From assembly GCA_964187785.1 (NCBI GenBank), contig OZ076409.1, positions 15,502,001-15,566,000 on the forward strand: a DNA stretch of 64,000 bases, written 5' to 3'. A program made the translations under genes and the position numbers. The notes under the pieces were generated by a model. That model ran no database searches and was not told where the DNA came from. It saw only the letters and a program-made list of their open reading frames with translations. Origin of the DNA: Amphiscolops sp. MND2022. Lineage: Eukaryota. How positions within the stretch are numbered: the stretch's first letter is position 1; each line of letters starts with the position of its first letter. Below, in pieces: positions 46,796 to 59,700 of this stretch.

Positions 46796-48576
46796 CAGGG
46801 CTGTTCGATTGTTAGTTAAATATTATTTTTAACGTTAATAACAGTTAAAAAGCAAAAAAAACATGTAAATTATGTTAAAAATGTTGAAAACATAAAACTG
46901 AGATCAACATATTATTTCAACATATAAATACGTTCACATGTTCAGTTGCCTGTACAAAAAGGCCAACTTTCCTGCCTTTTCCACTCCCATTGACGTTCGA
47001 AGATTGCCATAAGTATATCCAAGAGTCAAGAAACACCTCTCAAGTCCTCCTGAAGACGATGTACCAGAAACCAATGATAATGCTACCTCAACGAATCGCT
47101 TATCAAATCCAAGTTGAAGTGAAGATCTCCACCATGCGGTAGGTTCTGCGAGGCTATACGGTGGCTCAAAGTATTCCGTACTGTACGACGGGTGTTTAGA
47201 CATAAAGTTCATGACATGTGGCACAACATCTGGATCAATTTCCTTAAAATAATCGAGAGCACTTTTCGTATCTTCAGAATCCATGTTTTTTTTCCAGTGT
47301 AACGATGGTCTAACAGATTTGCAGCCAAAATTACCGGATTATCATTCACTGCCTTTTTGTAGCGCTCACATGTCTCATCATTAAATTGGTCAGGGGTTTT
47401 GTTTCGTAGCTCTCACCATATTTCAAAGCATTCAGAAACGACGCACGAATCTCGTTGCATACGGTCAAGAGCTTTGCTCATCGGGCCAAATATGCACAGG
47501 AGATCGGAAGCAGTTCGCTTCAATTGGACATCCTCCATTAAACGATATATGGCATCGGTGGTTGTCATGAATTGATGACAACCACAAGTGTAGACCAATG
47601 ATCAACAAAGTACTGGAGACTGTCAGCAAACGAGTTCCATCTTGTTTCTACTGGTATCGGAGGTCGCGGAAGACGATGTTCTCGCAGAAGCGCGCTTTCA
47701 GAATGATGATTACGAAGATGCTTCAGCACTTGGACTATCTTCTCAATTGGGTTCTTTAGCTTGTCTTTGATAGCTTTTGCAAGCAAGTTGACATGATGAG
47801 CCTGACAGCCATACGAATGAAGTAAAGCCGAGGGATCCTTTACAAGACGACGCATACCAGCCATGTTACTCGCATTGTCAGTAACAACAGAGCAGCAGAA
47901 TGAAACACCCCATTCTTCTTCCACCTTCTCCACCTGTGACTTAAAGACATCGACTAATCACTCAGTCGTGTGTGGCTGTCCACTTGTGTCCAGAGTATCG
48001 AACAAGTAGGTGTTGCCATAACAGTTACAGCGACGCCCACCACTGGCTGCAAGACCCTGGTAGACCATACATCCAAGGCTAATGTGCCCAATTGAATCTT
48101 GACCAGTTTCTCAACTTTGCCTTTCTCTTCTTCAAACACTTTGTCTAACAATGGTCCTGCGATCAATTGTTTAGTGGGGATTTTAGTTCCTGGCCGCAAG
48201 CCTTCAACTAAACAGCGGAAATTCTGGTTCTCAGCATGCAGAAATGGTCTGTTGGTCCCAATGATGAACTTTGCAATGAGAATGTCAATCTCCTTTTGCT
48301 TGGATGCACTGGTGGTTGCGACATTCAGTGTCGTTTGTGTTAAACATCTCTGCTTTGGCTGGGTAGCTTCAGATACGACAGTGGAAGCCCTCTTGCTGCA
48401 AGAATTCCAATGCCCCCTCATTCGCTCAGCGTTGTTGACCATTTCATGGCTGCACTTTCGACATCTTGCTCTGACATTGCCATCGAACTTCAATTCCTCA
48501 TAGTGATCCCAAATGTTGTCTTTAGTCCTTCCCATTAAGCATCTGAAAAACGAATGGAAATCGAGTCATTACAGTG
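46796..48576 (-). mobile_element. hAT transposon, 3' part; 5' end displaced by a large insertion
   Basis: CAGGGCTG terminus at 46796, transposase pseudogene; partner TIR not in window. Confidence 0.75.
46934..48535 (-). pseudogene. BED-finger hAT transposase, frameshifted
   Basis: IWDHY...ARCRKC...HWNSC BED finger, LALDVWS, VTDNASNM, CQAHHVNLL, ETRWNS, SSGGLERCF spread over four ORF pieces. Confidence 0.9.
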
Positions 48577-48974
48577 CACAGGCAAGCTAAATTTGCTCAA
48601 AGCACAATTTTGTGCTTTCAATACCTCGGATTCCACGACCATACCTTTAACCGTGCAAAATTGGCAAATTACGTCATTTGTCGTGGATTCCACGGATTTT
48701 GTCGTGGATTCCAGTAACATATGCTTAGCTGTACAAACTGTCGGCATGCAGCGGTGTCCCGGATTCCACAAAAACGTAAGTTTTCCGAAATGAACCAATC
48801 AGATTGCAGAAATCGTAAATTTCCTGGATTCCACGACTTTATGCTTGACGCGATACGCGGCATTTCTTGTTTGAATTAAATTCAAGTGGATGACTGAACA
48901 AACATGATATTATGCACTACTTTTCGTATATTAATTCAAAATGAATCAGACAATCACACCAATATCACACAAAA

Positions 48975-49740
48975 TTTTTGTATTTTTCAGTTTAGTACCA
49001 GTTTTGGAGAAACTACCAGATCATCACAATCTGCCATTATTTGATGACATGCTTCAATTTTGGTACCAGTCACGAGTATCTCTATTCGTACTTTGGGATT
49101 TTTCGTGTCAATCAAAACAATTTCCTTTGATATAAATTGATTTAATTCAAGTTCTTTTGCCTTTCTAATAATGATCATGCAAAATGAATATTATTTTACA
49201 CAAATATTCGTATTTTTCAGTTTAGTACCAGTTTTGGAGAAACTACCAGATCATCGAAATCTGCCACTTTTAAATGACATGCTTCAATTTTGGTACCAGT
49301 CACGAGTATCTCTATTCGTACTTTGGGATTTTTCGTGTCAATCAAAACAATTTCCTTTGATATAAAATTGATTTAATTCAAGTTCTTTTGCCTTTCTAAT
49401 AATGATCATGCAAAATGAATATTATATTACTGTTTTTCAGTTTAGTACCAGTTTTGGAGAAACTACCAGATCATCGAAATCTGCCACTTTTAAATGACAT
49501 GCTTCAATTTTGGTACCAGTCACGAGTATCTCTATTCGTACTTTGGGATTTTTCGTGTCAATCAAAACAATTTCCTTTGATATAAAATTGATTTAATTCA
49601 AGTTCTTTTGCCTTTTAATAATGATCATGCAAAATGAATATTATATTACGCAAATATTACTGTTTTTCAGTTTAGTACCAGTTTTGAACAAACTGCCAGA
49701 TCATCACAATCTGCCATTTTTCGATGACATGCTGCATGTC
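48975..49740. repeat. ~230-bp tandem repeat (3.3 copies)
   Basis: tttagtaccagttttg at 48991, 49221, 49441, 49671. Confidence 0.9.
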
Positions 49741-50518
49741 TCTCTGACTTCTAATAGCAATGCAATTTGGCTAAAAAAGTAATTCAAATGTGAAATGAAT
49801 CATGAATATTTTGGGCCCAATCGTGAGTAATTTTAGTGAATGTCGGACATTCATTAACAGACGACTCAATATTATAATTTGCCAAATTTTGCTGAGCTGT
49901 AATTTTTTGATTGGTTGCCCCGTACACCGACCACTGAGAAGGTTTGGAATTTTTACGTAATTTTATAGCATAACCTAAACCCATAACATCTAGTTTTTCA
50001 CTTTTTCGAACAATGGATGAAAATCAAAGTAGCTATCGATTCTGAATGACCCAAACAACAATTCGATATATTGTCATGGTTTCCACCATTTCGAGCATAA
50101 CGTCCTGATTTCCACCAAAGTACAACTCATTGCTCAATGGCCACGAAAACAACTGTGGAAAGTAAGACCATATCTTTAAACATGTGTCGTGGAAACCACA
50201 TACATATATTAAACTGTAAGAAAACAACTACCAAAGGGGGTAGTACGTTAATATTTAAATCTGAATGTATTTTCCTGGTTTCCACCACCTGGTTTCCTGG
50301 TTTACGAGAAAATTTAGCGGTCAAAAGCATTCACAATTCAAAAGATTCACTGAAAAAAGTGGGGAAATTACAAATAAATTTTTCTGAGTTCGATTGTTTA
50401 ACCGGGTATTCGTTTTATTTTTATGTTATTTGAAACTAATTTCATTTTTATGTTATTTGCTCTTATGCTATTTGGTACATAATCAATTGGAGAAGGGGAA
50501 CAACCAATCAGAGCCGAG

Positions 50519-52261
50519 TTGGCAGAAATGAACGAGCGCGCGAAAACGGAGAAAGCGGCAAGTGTGATAGACGAGAATAAACAGACTAAACGAACACTGA
50601 AGAGCATAATTGCCACAATTAACGAGAACAACAGCGACAGTAATTCAGACAAAATGAGCTCAACGGAATCAGAAAACGAAACAAGTACAATCGAATTTGC
50701 ACATAAACTGCCTCTGAAAACCCCACTTTGCTACTCAATGGATCAAGTTGAAATTTTGCAAACATTGGGCAACTACACATTTGCTGCACACTTTGAAAGC
50801 GACGAATTCCTTCAAAAGATATTAAATTTAATGAAAACGCCAGATTCCACGAAAATAAATCGATTACCGGCTCCATGGCGCGAGAAATTTCGCTGCTTTA
50901 GTAGAGACAGCAACGATTACATTTATATGGACGAACGACTGGTAGTTCCAAAAGCATTGCGCCCCATCATTCTACGAAGTTTACACTATGGCCATCCAGG
51001 ACGTGACAGTATGTTGGCAATAGCCGCAAACGTGTGGTGGCCAAGATTACATCGGGACGTAGTGGGACTAGCAAAACACTGCCAACAATGCCAAGCATCT
51101 GGTAAGAATATAAAACCAATGCATATAAAACCAATGAATATAAAACCAAGGCAAAAGGGAATAGGTCACTTACCGAAATGTATTGAAATTAATCAAGAAA
51201 TAGCAAAAGATTTGGCAGGCTCTTTCCAAGACGCAATTAATGCAAGGAAATACCTATTAGTATCAGTTGATCACTCTAACGGATGGTCAGAAGCAAAATT
51301 TCTGAGGTTGAGAGCAAATAAGAAAATAATCACCCAAAAGGACTTATCTGGATTGTCTGAAATATTATTCGCTCTGAGAATGAACCCATCAGCCAATAAG
51401 AAATCACTATTTAAAAGATACACTGGGCAGGAACCAAATACGATAAAAAGTTTGGTAACTAATCACCCTCGATCTATTTCAGAACATCCAGAATTCAGTC
51501 TGACGGAAGAGGACTTCGAATCCGGACAGGATTCCACAATCTTAGTACGTGAACGTACCAAAGGCTCGAAGCTCGAGGGAGCATACAAAAAGAGACGAGG
51601 AGTTTTGCTTGAACAGAGCAATCACTCAATAACTTTCCTCACAGCTGGACCATCGAGAACAACGGTAATCTCAAAAAGAGACGTTGGACAACAAAATACA
51701 ACATGTTCTTCAAAATGGAGACAACCCTCAAAACTGCCAGTATTGAAAAAAATGGCAGAACACGAAAAAACTGCAACAAGCGATAAACAGTCAAAAATCA
51801 CAACCACATCAAGCTCGCAGAGTGAACAAAATCAACGCGAATCAACAGACCAAGCAGAAATGACGGGAATCAATGATCAAGCAAGGAAGAATCAAACAAC
51901 GGCGTTGGCCAGCTTAAAACAAAAGATGAGAAAACGACTATTGGTTGAAAACAGCAAGCGAACAAAACGACAAAAACAATGGATTGAGCAAAACACAATC
52001 CAAACGGAATCAGAAGGCGAGAATGAAGAAATTAACCAAAACCCAGAAAAGTCAGAGGGAGAGAGACGAGAGGACGAGGATCAACAAAGAAAAAACAATC
52101 AACAAGTGGAACATGAAGTAAACAACCCGGTAACCGGAGAACAGAACGAAAACCGCCGAAGCCAAAGACACCGGAATAAACCCAACTTCTTTGGGAACAA
52201 CGTAATGGTGACACAGGTGTCCCGATTGGAAGATATAAGAGAAAGCTCACCTGAATACTGA
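50519..52261 (+). pseudogene. Degenerate Gypsy pol fragment (integrase region with internal deletions)
   Basis: RLVVP...LHYGHPG...WWP...CQQCQ; DDE core partly deleted; GGGGGAA-TG PPT/LTR-like junction near 52459-52467. Confidence 0.8.
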
Positions 52262-54100
52262 GCAGTAAAACTCCATTCAAAACTTTAACCCTAAAACTAC
52301 TACATTCTAGTACTGTACGTGAACAGTAAAACATTTGAGTTGCTAATTTTATACACATTTGCGTTGCTATAGCTTACCATTTACATTTATATTAAAACCG
52401 AAGCATATATTCATATTGAGTACTGTAAATGCATAGACCTGAATTCTTTTCCATAATTGGGGGAATGTGGCAGAGCAAATACCGCTAGCACTACGTAACC
52501 TCTTTCAAGAAATTCATGACAAACACAATCGAACTCGAAAAAGATTTGAAAAGAATCATTACCATATGGTCTAATCAAAATACATGGTTACTCTAAATTC
52601 AATAGTTTTATCTAAAGAAGAGAGTTAGCTACAACACCATATTACAAGGATGGAGAATTTATAAACGGTAACAAATTCAAAGCCATGACAGACACCGGCT
52701 CTCCAGTACCCACTTTTGAACTGGATGAAATATGACAAATAATGAAAAGCGAAAAGTTGAAAGTACGCCCAATGATCGAAGAGGAAAAAAATGTGGAATA
52801 GAAAAGCAATAGAACCAATCAATAGAAAAGGACAAATACCAAATGCCAAACCTAGAAAATTTACTAGATATGTTTGCAGAAAAGTTAGATACCGCGCCTA
52901 ATCCTTGTTTGCTAGCGTAGTACGTTAATATTTATATCTGACTATAGTGTCTTGGTTTCCACCATTTTGAACATATTGTCGTGGTTTCCACCAAAATAGC
53001 ACTCATTGCTCAATGGCCGCGAAAACAACTGTGGAAAGTAATACCATATCTTTATACATTTGTCGTGGAAACCACATACATATATTAAACTGTAAGAAAA
53101 CAACTACGAAAGGGGGTAGGTAGTACGTTAATATTTAAAGTTTTATAGACCGTCCTATGGTCATGAAAATATTGCTCAATGTTTGAATGGCGTTTTAAAA
53201 TAACCTGGCATTTAATATTATTTTGCTTGTGATTAAAATATGGCAGATTTGGTTAAACTTCAACTTTTCAACTGGTTTACCATGGTTTATCATGCCATCT
53301 ACTTCTCGCGACGTAACGAGGTCTGATATGTTGGTTTCTCCTTCACTGTAGCTGATCTTAGGACTTCACGTTTTAGCAGAGTATGAAAAATATAGTCTCT
53401 TACAACTAACTTGAATTAGGATGTATTCTTATTACAGAGATACCCAAATTAAAGAACAGAATTCTGATGGTTTGAAAGAGTAATGTATCGCTAGATATGA
53501 ACTCAAATGTCAACACAGCATAATTATCACAAAATCTTTTTTCATTTTAGTATACAAAAAGGCCTCCGTTTTGTCCTCATGAAAGATTTTCTGGACATTT
53601 TTCGTCTCTCTAACTTCTAATAGCAACGAATTTTGGCTAAAGAAGTAATTCAAAGGTTTATCATGTCCTCTACTTCTCGCGACGTAACGGGGTACAATGT
53701 GTTGGTTTCTCCTTCACTGTAGCTGACCTTAGGACTTCGCGTTTCAGCAGAGTATGAAAAATATAGTCTCTTACAACTTACTTGAATTAGGTGTGCTCAT
53801 TAGAGATACGCAAGTTAAAAAACAGAGTTCTAATGGTATTATTTTGAAATATCAATGTATCGCTAGAAATGAACTCAAACATCAATACAGCATGATTACG
53901 GTGTCCCATTTTTCCCCACAGCATTGTTGTACTCTGGGGTACACAAAGTAATCTCACAACATTCTTCATCTACGTCGTTGTCATCATCAATGTTGTCAAT
54001 TTCTCCGGCAAAAGTGTCCTAATCATGCTTGCAAAAGAAGTTTGGTAGTCTCTGGTTCGAGGAAAATTACTTCAGGGGCGATGGTGTAATCTTTGGTGCA

Positions 54101-54554
54101 AGGGTGTTCAATAATTTATTCGAATATCATTATTGCCTATAAATGAATTATTTCATTTTCACTGTGGAAAAAAATGAGTTTATTATTTTTTTGCTAACAT
54201 CTTTGTTTTTATTCTCAACGAAAAACGGATATCAACAAAAACTTTAATTAGCCATCCATAATCGGGCCAAAACAGGGGACAGGGTTTTTCTAATGGACTC
54301 TTCGACCGTTTGAGTAAGTAGCCCAAGGCATTTAACAAAAGTATTTTAAGAAATTAGCTCAAGATTTCAGTTTTTCCGAATTCAATTGGCTGACAATATG
54401 GTGAATTAAGCGCTTTCAGTTTTAGTTATCTCAAGAATAAATATTTTAAAAGGTCCAAAAACAATTATTTTTAATCATTCAAGTGTAAAATTGAAATATT
54501 TTATTTTATTTGTTGTAATTATTCTTACCCATAAGTTTTTATTGAACACCACTG
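54101..54554. mobile_element. Tc1/mariner-like MITE inserted in a decayed transposase 3' copy
   Basis: AGGGTGTTCAATAA / TTATTGAACACC termini; flanks rejoin to match about 56975-57060. Confidence 0.65.
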
Positions 54555-54848
54555 CTTTGGGTCTAACAACGTAACTACCTTTTTGACATCCATGATAAAA
54601 TTCTTCTTCGAAAAGAAAAAGTTAGGACTCCTTGGCAGGCCAAGTTAATAAGGACAGGTGAAACAGCCATTGTCATAATGCACTATATAAAAGGTTAGTT
54701 ACTTCACATCAGTTAACCTGTTAACAAAATTTTAACTCAAAATCTAGAACGCGTGCATTGTATGACAAGTACAATGTAATACGTTACCAATGTATTATGT
54801 TCAAGTTCATGACTGGGCGGTTTCATCTCGATTTAGAAGTCTCTTTTT

Positions 54849-55088
54849 TCACCTCATTCTAAATCCGAAGAACGGGTCGATTCTCACGCTTCCACTCGGC
54901 CCGTCCCGTAGGACACACTGCTTCCGGCAAAGGGGGCATGCAACTTCTAATCTCGCCTGGGCCCACCCTCTGCGCTCGTTGTCGCGATCCTTTACGTCAA
55001 TCCAACGATTGCGGCATTCCTCACAGAGGAAGTGTTGGTCGTGGAGGCTCGTTCGTGTTTCTTCATGGCAGACCATGCACTGAGGCAT
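54849..55088 (-). CDS. Small RING-finger protein
   Basis: 79 aa, CxxC...HxxCxxC...CPxCR spacing. Confidence 0.65.
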   Translation of the reverse strand: MPQCMVCHEETRTSLHDQHFLCEECRNRWIDVKDRDNERRGWAQARLEVACPLCRKQCVLRDGPSGSVRIDPFFGFRMR

Positions 55089-55609
55089 TTTGCGATATAA
55101 GATGGCGGTATCAAAAACTAAGGTTAAAAAATTTCGAAGTTCGGCAAGTTTTTGCTAGGCAGTATTGCAAATGAATGACTGGTTAAACCAGTAACCGAAA
55201 TTTCAGCAAACATTGAAAGATTTCAACTAAAGGGAACGTCCCTTTTGTTCACGGTACCTTGGCGTTTTTTCAAACTTAAACTGGCTTTGATGCATTACTT
55301 GCTTTCTTTACTGAACACGCGGACATTGATAAACAACCTTTTTCGAGCTAACAATTAATTAGAACCTTAATTACGGACAAGTGAGATCAACAATTTCTCT
55401 TTGTTCAGCAATTGCTATTGAACCGTGAATAAGAACATTTTGAAAATGAATATGAACATTGTAAACGCGACCAGGCCGCCCATATTTTGTCCCCGGTGTC
55501 CCAACCATCATGACATGTAATAGCAACGAATATTTGTCTCTTTGACTTGTAATAAACACGAAATTCGTCTCAAAAGTCCTAGTCTCACGAAAACACTGAT
55601 CAATTTTGC

Positions 55610-56170
55610 ATGGCATTTTTCGGAAACGTGACATTTATTTATAACTGTCTTGTCATCAAAATATGGCAGATTTTTATCAACTGCCAGTTTTTTATAAGCA
55701 TTCAACCAATGAGCTCGTTCTTGAATGGTCCTAAAACGACTGTGGAAAGTAGGACCATATCGTTATACATGTGTCGTGGAAACCGCATACATATCTTAAA
55801 CTGTAAGAAAACAATTACCAAAGGGGGTAGTAGTACGTCAATATTCAAATCTGACTGTATTGTCCTGGTTTCCACCAATTTGAGCATATTGTCCTGGATT
55901 CCACCAAAATAGCATTCACTGTTCGATGGCCACGAAAGCGACTGTGGAAAGTAAGACTATATCTTAATACATGTGTCGTGGAAACCACATACATATCTTA
56001 AACTGTAAGAAAACAACTACCAAAGGGGGTGGTACGTCAATATGTAAATTTTAATATACCGTAATAGTGTCCTTGAAATATTGATCGAAATTGAATGACG
56101 TTTTAGAAAATTCTGGCAATAATTTATATCTGGCTTAAAATTGAAATCTGGCAGATTTTGATGATTTGGT
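55610..56170 (+). repeat. ~200-bp-unit repeat module
   Basis: Two units of ctgtggaaagta...gtggaaacc...gggggtagtacg; related copies at 50075-50290 and 52916-53260 (+). Confidence 0.85.
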
Positions 56171-56736
56171 ACATTTTCGATTAGTTAGCATTTTTAGAGG
56201 CCGGCTTTTTGGTCTCTCTGACTTCTCATAGCAACGAAAGTCGGCTAAAAAAGTGATTCAAAGGTGAAATAAATCATGACTAATTTTGGTCCCAATCGTG
56301 AGTAATTTTTTTACTCACGATTGGGACCAAAATATCACAAAATCTTTTTTCATTTTAGTATACAAAAAGGCCTCCGTTTTGTCCTCATGAAAGATTTTCT
56401 GGACATTTTTCGTCTCTCTAACTTTTAATAGCAACGAATTTTGGCTAAAGAAGTAATTCAAAGGTTTATCATGTCCTCTACTTCTCGCGACGTAACGGGG
56501 TACAATGTGTTGGTTTCTCCTTCACTGTAGCTGACCTTAGGACTTCGCGTTTCAGCAGAGTATGAAAAATATAGTCTCTTACAACTTACTTGAATTAGGT
56601 GTGCTCATTAGAGATACGCAAATTAAAAAACAGAGTTCTAATGGTATTATTTTGAAATAGCAATGTATCGCTAGATATGAACACAAATATCAACACAACA
56701 TAATTACGGTGTCCCATTTTTGTTGAACTCTGGGGT

Positions 56737-59700
56737 CTACAAAGTGATCTGAGAACATTTTTCATCTATGTCGTCGTCGTCGTCATCATCAATGTTGTCA
56801 ATTTCTCCGGCAAAAGTGTCATCATCATTCTCGAAAAAGAGTTTTGGTAATCTAGTTTGTCCATTTCTGTATCGTTTGAGATAAGCCACAGCCGATATAT
56901 TCTCATTTGATTTTTTCCCTGATATTTGATCAATGAAGAGTGGTCTCATATCATTTACTCTGGCTCGACGAAAATTACTTCCGGGGGCGATGGTGTAATC
57001 TTTGGGGTCTAACAACGTAACTCCTTTTTTGACATCCATGATAAAATTCTTCTTCAAAAAAGTTAGACCTCCTTGGGCAAATTTTTGAGCAATTTGTGAG
57101 TATTGGGCGGTTTCTTTTTTCTGTTTTGCTGTGAGTTGCGATGATGGGTATTGACTGTCCGAATCTGAACACTGGGACGTGGAAAGTCTTAGTTTTTTCG
57201 CCGGCGGCATCTTCTTCTTCAGTTCTTCAATTTCTTGCACAGAGCCTGTGGCGAATATTAGGTCTTCTTTGTCTTTGACCAGAACGAAACAATTAGGCAA
57301 CTGTGAATGAGTCTTCATGAGGGTGTCTGCTTGATCGTGTTCAATGAATATACCCCCATCTCGTTGATGAGTTTAATCAGAACATCCTTCGTCAACGAAA
57401 TCCCATCAACTACCCCTAATCTTCCAATTGAAGTGAACCTCATACCACTTAAAAGTTGGGATTCGGGATGCGACTTCCCGATTGCAAGAGAAATCGAGGA
57501 AATTTGGGTCTTAGAAATTTCGAGGTACGTTGGTCCGGGGTATTTGGCATCCAAATCATCAACAAGTTTTTCAAGTATTTCAGATATTTTCAAGCACTCT
57601 TGCTTCATTGTTCTCATTTCAATGGACGTACAGAGTAACTTTCCAAATGAAGATGACAATTCCAGGAAAAGAGGATCTTTATGGTAAATTTTACCGCCAC
57701 CACGCATGGTTTTTGTCTGGAAATAGCGATTCGCGTGATGGTTGGATTTTTCAAGCCCTTCGCACATGTGGTCAAATGGTCTTTCCACAAACCCTCCTTC
57801 TACAATCTGTGGCATCATTGCGAGCTTCAACTTATATGGTGTCAATGAGCTTTCACCAAATAACAAAATGCTTGTCTGATAATATATTTCAGCCCATTTC
57901 TTGTAGCATTGGGCGTCAAACTGCTCAGATCTCAAGAGAATTGCACAGCGGTTTAGGCTGGAGCGCAGCAATTCACATGCATCTGTCTTCGAGATGTATA
58001 GATTGGCGGATGTCTTGTCACTAGGGTGGGGCTTATCGAAAAGTTCTGGGAGAAGTTGGTTTAGTATTTGTGCACTAGCAGCAGAATCACTCCCAATAAC
58101 AATATCGTTTTTGGGATCCCACACATCTTCAAAAAGATTCCCTATCGAACAATCATTTGCGCCAGCCAATTCCTCTTTTTCTGCTATGATACATAGGGCA
58201 TTACTTCCGGCTAATGACACACTGTTTACAGTACCAACACCTGAACCTAGTTTTGTGTTCACATTGAAGTGGAAATATGGCCTTTTTGCATCACGTCGTG
58301 TAAGATTTTCTTCGAAGGCTTTGAGTGAGGGGCCATAATCGGGATACTTGTCAGTGATTATTTTCTGCGCCACTCTCTTCAAGTCGTTTTCAACACATCT
58401 GGTGATCATGTGCGTCGGGTCAGGGCATATACATCGTACGTCTTGGAAATAAACAAGGGATGTTTTTGGCAGTTCCTCTCGAAAAGGTATTTTGAGATCG
58501 GTTCTCAGACCTGTTTCGGGATGGCAATTTGTTGGCAAAAAGCTACTATCAGGAACATGAAGTGGCATTTTTGATTCGAAATTCGTTTCACAAGAAATTC
58601 CAAGTATCAGGCGTAACAAAAATGGTGTATCTCCACTGTAGGTTAGATTAACTCCACGATCTGACAACTCCGATGTTTTCTGGTAGAGCCAACCCGAACT
58701 TTGGTCACCAGCTACAGTTGGTCCAAGGTTCTGTTCCATCGCGAATCGGCTGTCTTTCCCTCGATACGATGCAAAACAGAACACTGAATTTGATGACTGG
58801 CAACTAATTTTTTCTGATAACACTCGAAAGGCAAAACGGGTTGTTTCCAGGCCTCCAATTTCACAACCGTCGCCCCAGATATCAATTCTCAAACCACGTA
58901 AATCATAAATTCCGAACAGGTATGCGGCCAGCTCAACACATTTTATCAGATCGCATCGGAAACCGGAGAAAGTTCTTTCGGGCTGACATATTGAAACAAA
59001 ATACGTCTGGATTTCAGCTGTTGATTTCTTGATCAAGCGTATACAGGGTACTACGTTGTATCCCAAGCCAACTACCGAAAGTTTTGATCTGATAAGTCTT
59101 ATGACTGCCTCTGTATTTCCAGTTTGAGCAGTAAGTGATAAAATGTGCCTGAATTCCTTGGTGGATCCTCGATTCTCAAAAAGCCGGTCGATTAGAATTT
59201 TCACCACATTCACGTCTTCCTTCTTTGTGAATCCCTGGGATTTCCGTTTATTCATATTGTCTTTCACTTGTTCTACAAACTCAGTGAACCCAATTTCTTT
59301 ATTATTGTTGGCCTCATCGATGACATTTTTCCAAAAACAAGTGGCTGCTTCTTTGTTCAAGCTGTTTGTTCTCTTAAACGATGCACGCATCTCTTTAGGA
59401 ATTGGACTTGTCACTGCAACAAGGTCCATTATTGGTGGTGCATGCAGATCCGAGGTATGTAGTGCAAGGGGATTCAAGGTTGGTGTTACAAAAGGACAGA
59501 AAGTGAAGGTATCTTCGTAAGGAATCAAATGTCGAGGGGCGAAGCATTCCACAAACCTTTTCCTTGCATCAGTCCAGTGGAAATCCTTGAACCCTCGGAA
59601 GATTAGAAACATCGCAATTTTTGCCTGTAAAGAAATTTTTTGAAAAAGGTTTTTGTGGTAGATGTGTAAATTTTTAGTAAAGTAATTAGTAAATGTCGTT

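Noticed and set aside
55610..55912. Recurrent short ORFs (TTVESKTISL...CRGN) at 50137, 55610 and 60956
   Set aside because: Translations of the ~200-bp repeat unit with inconsistent starts, stops and indels; no evidence of coding constraint.
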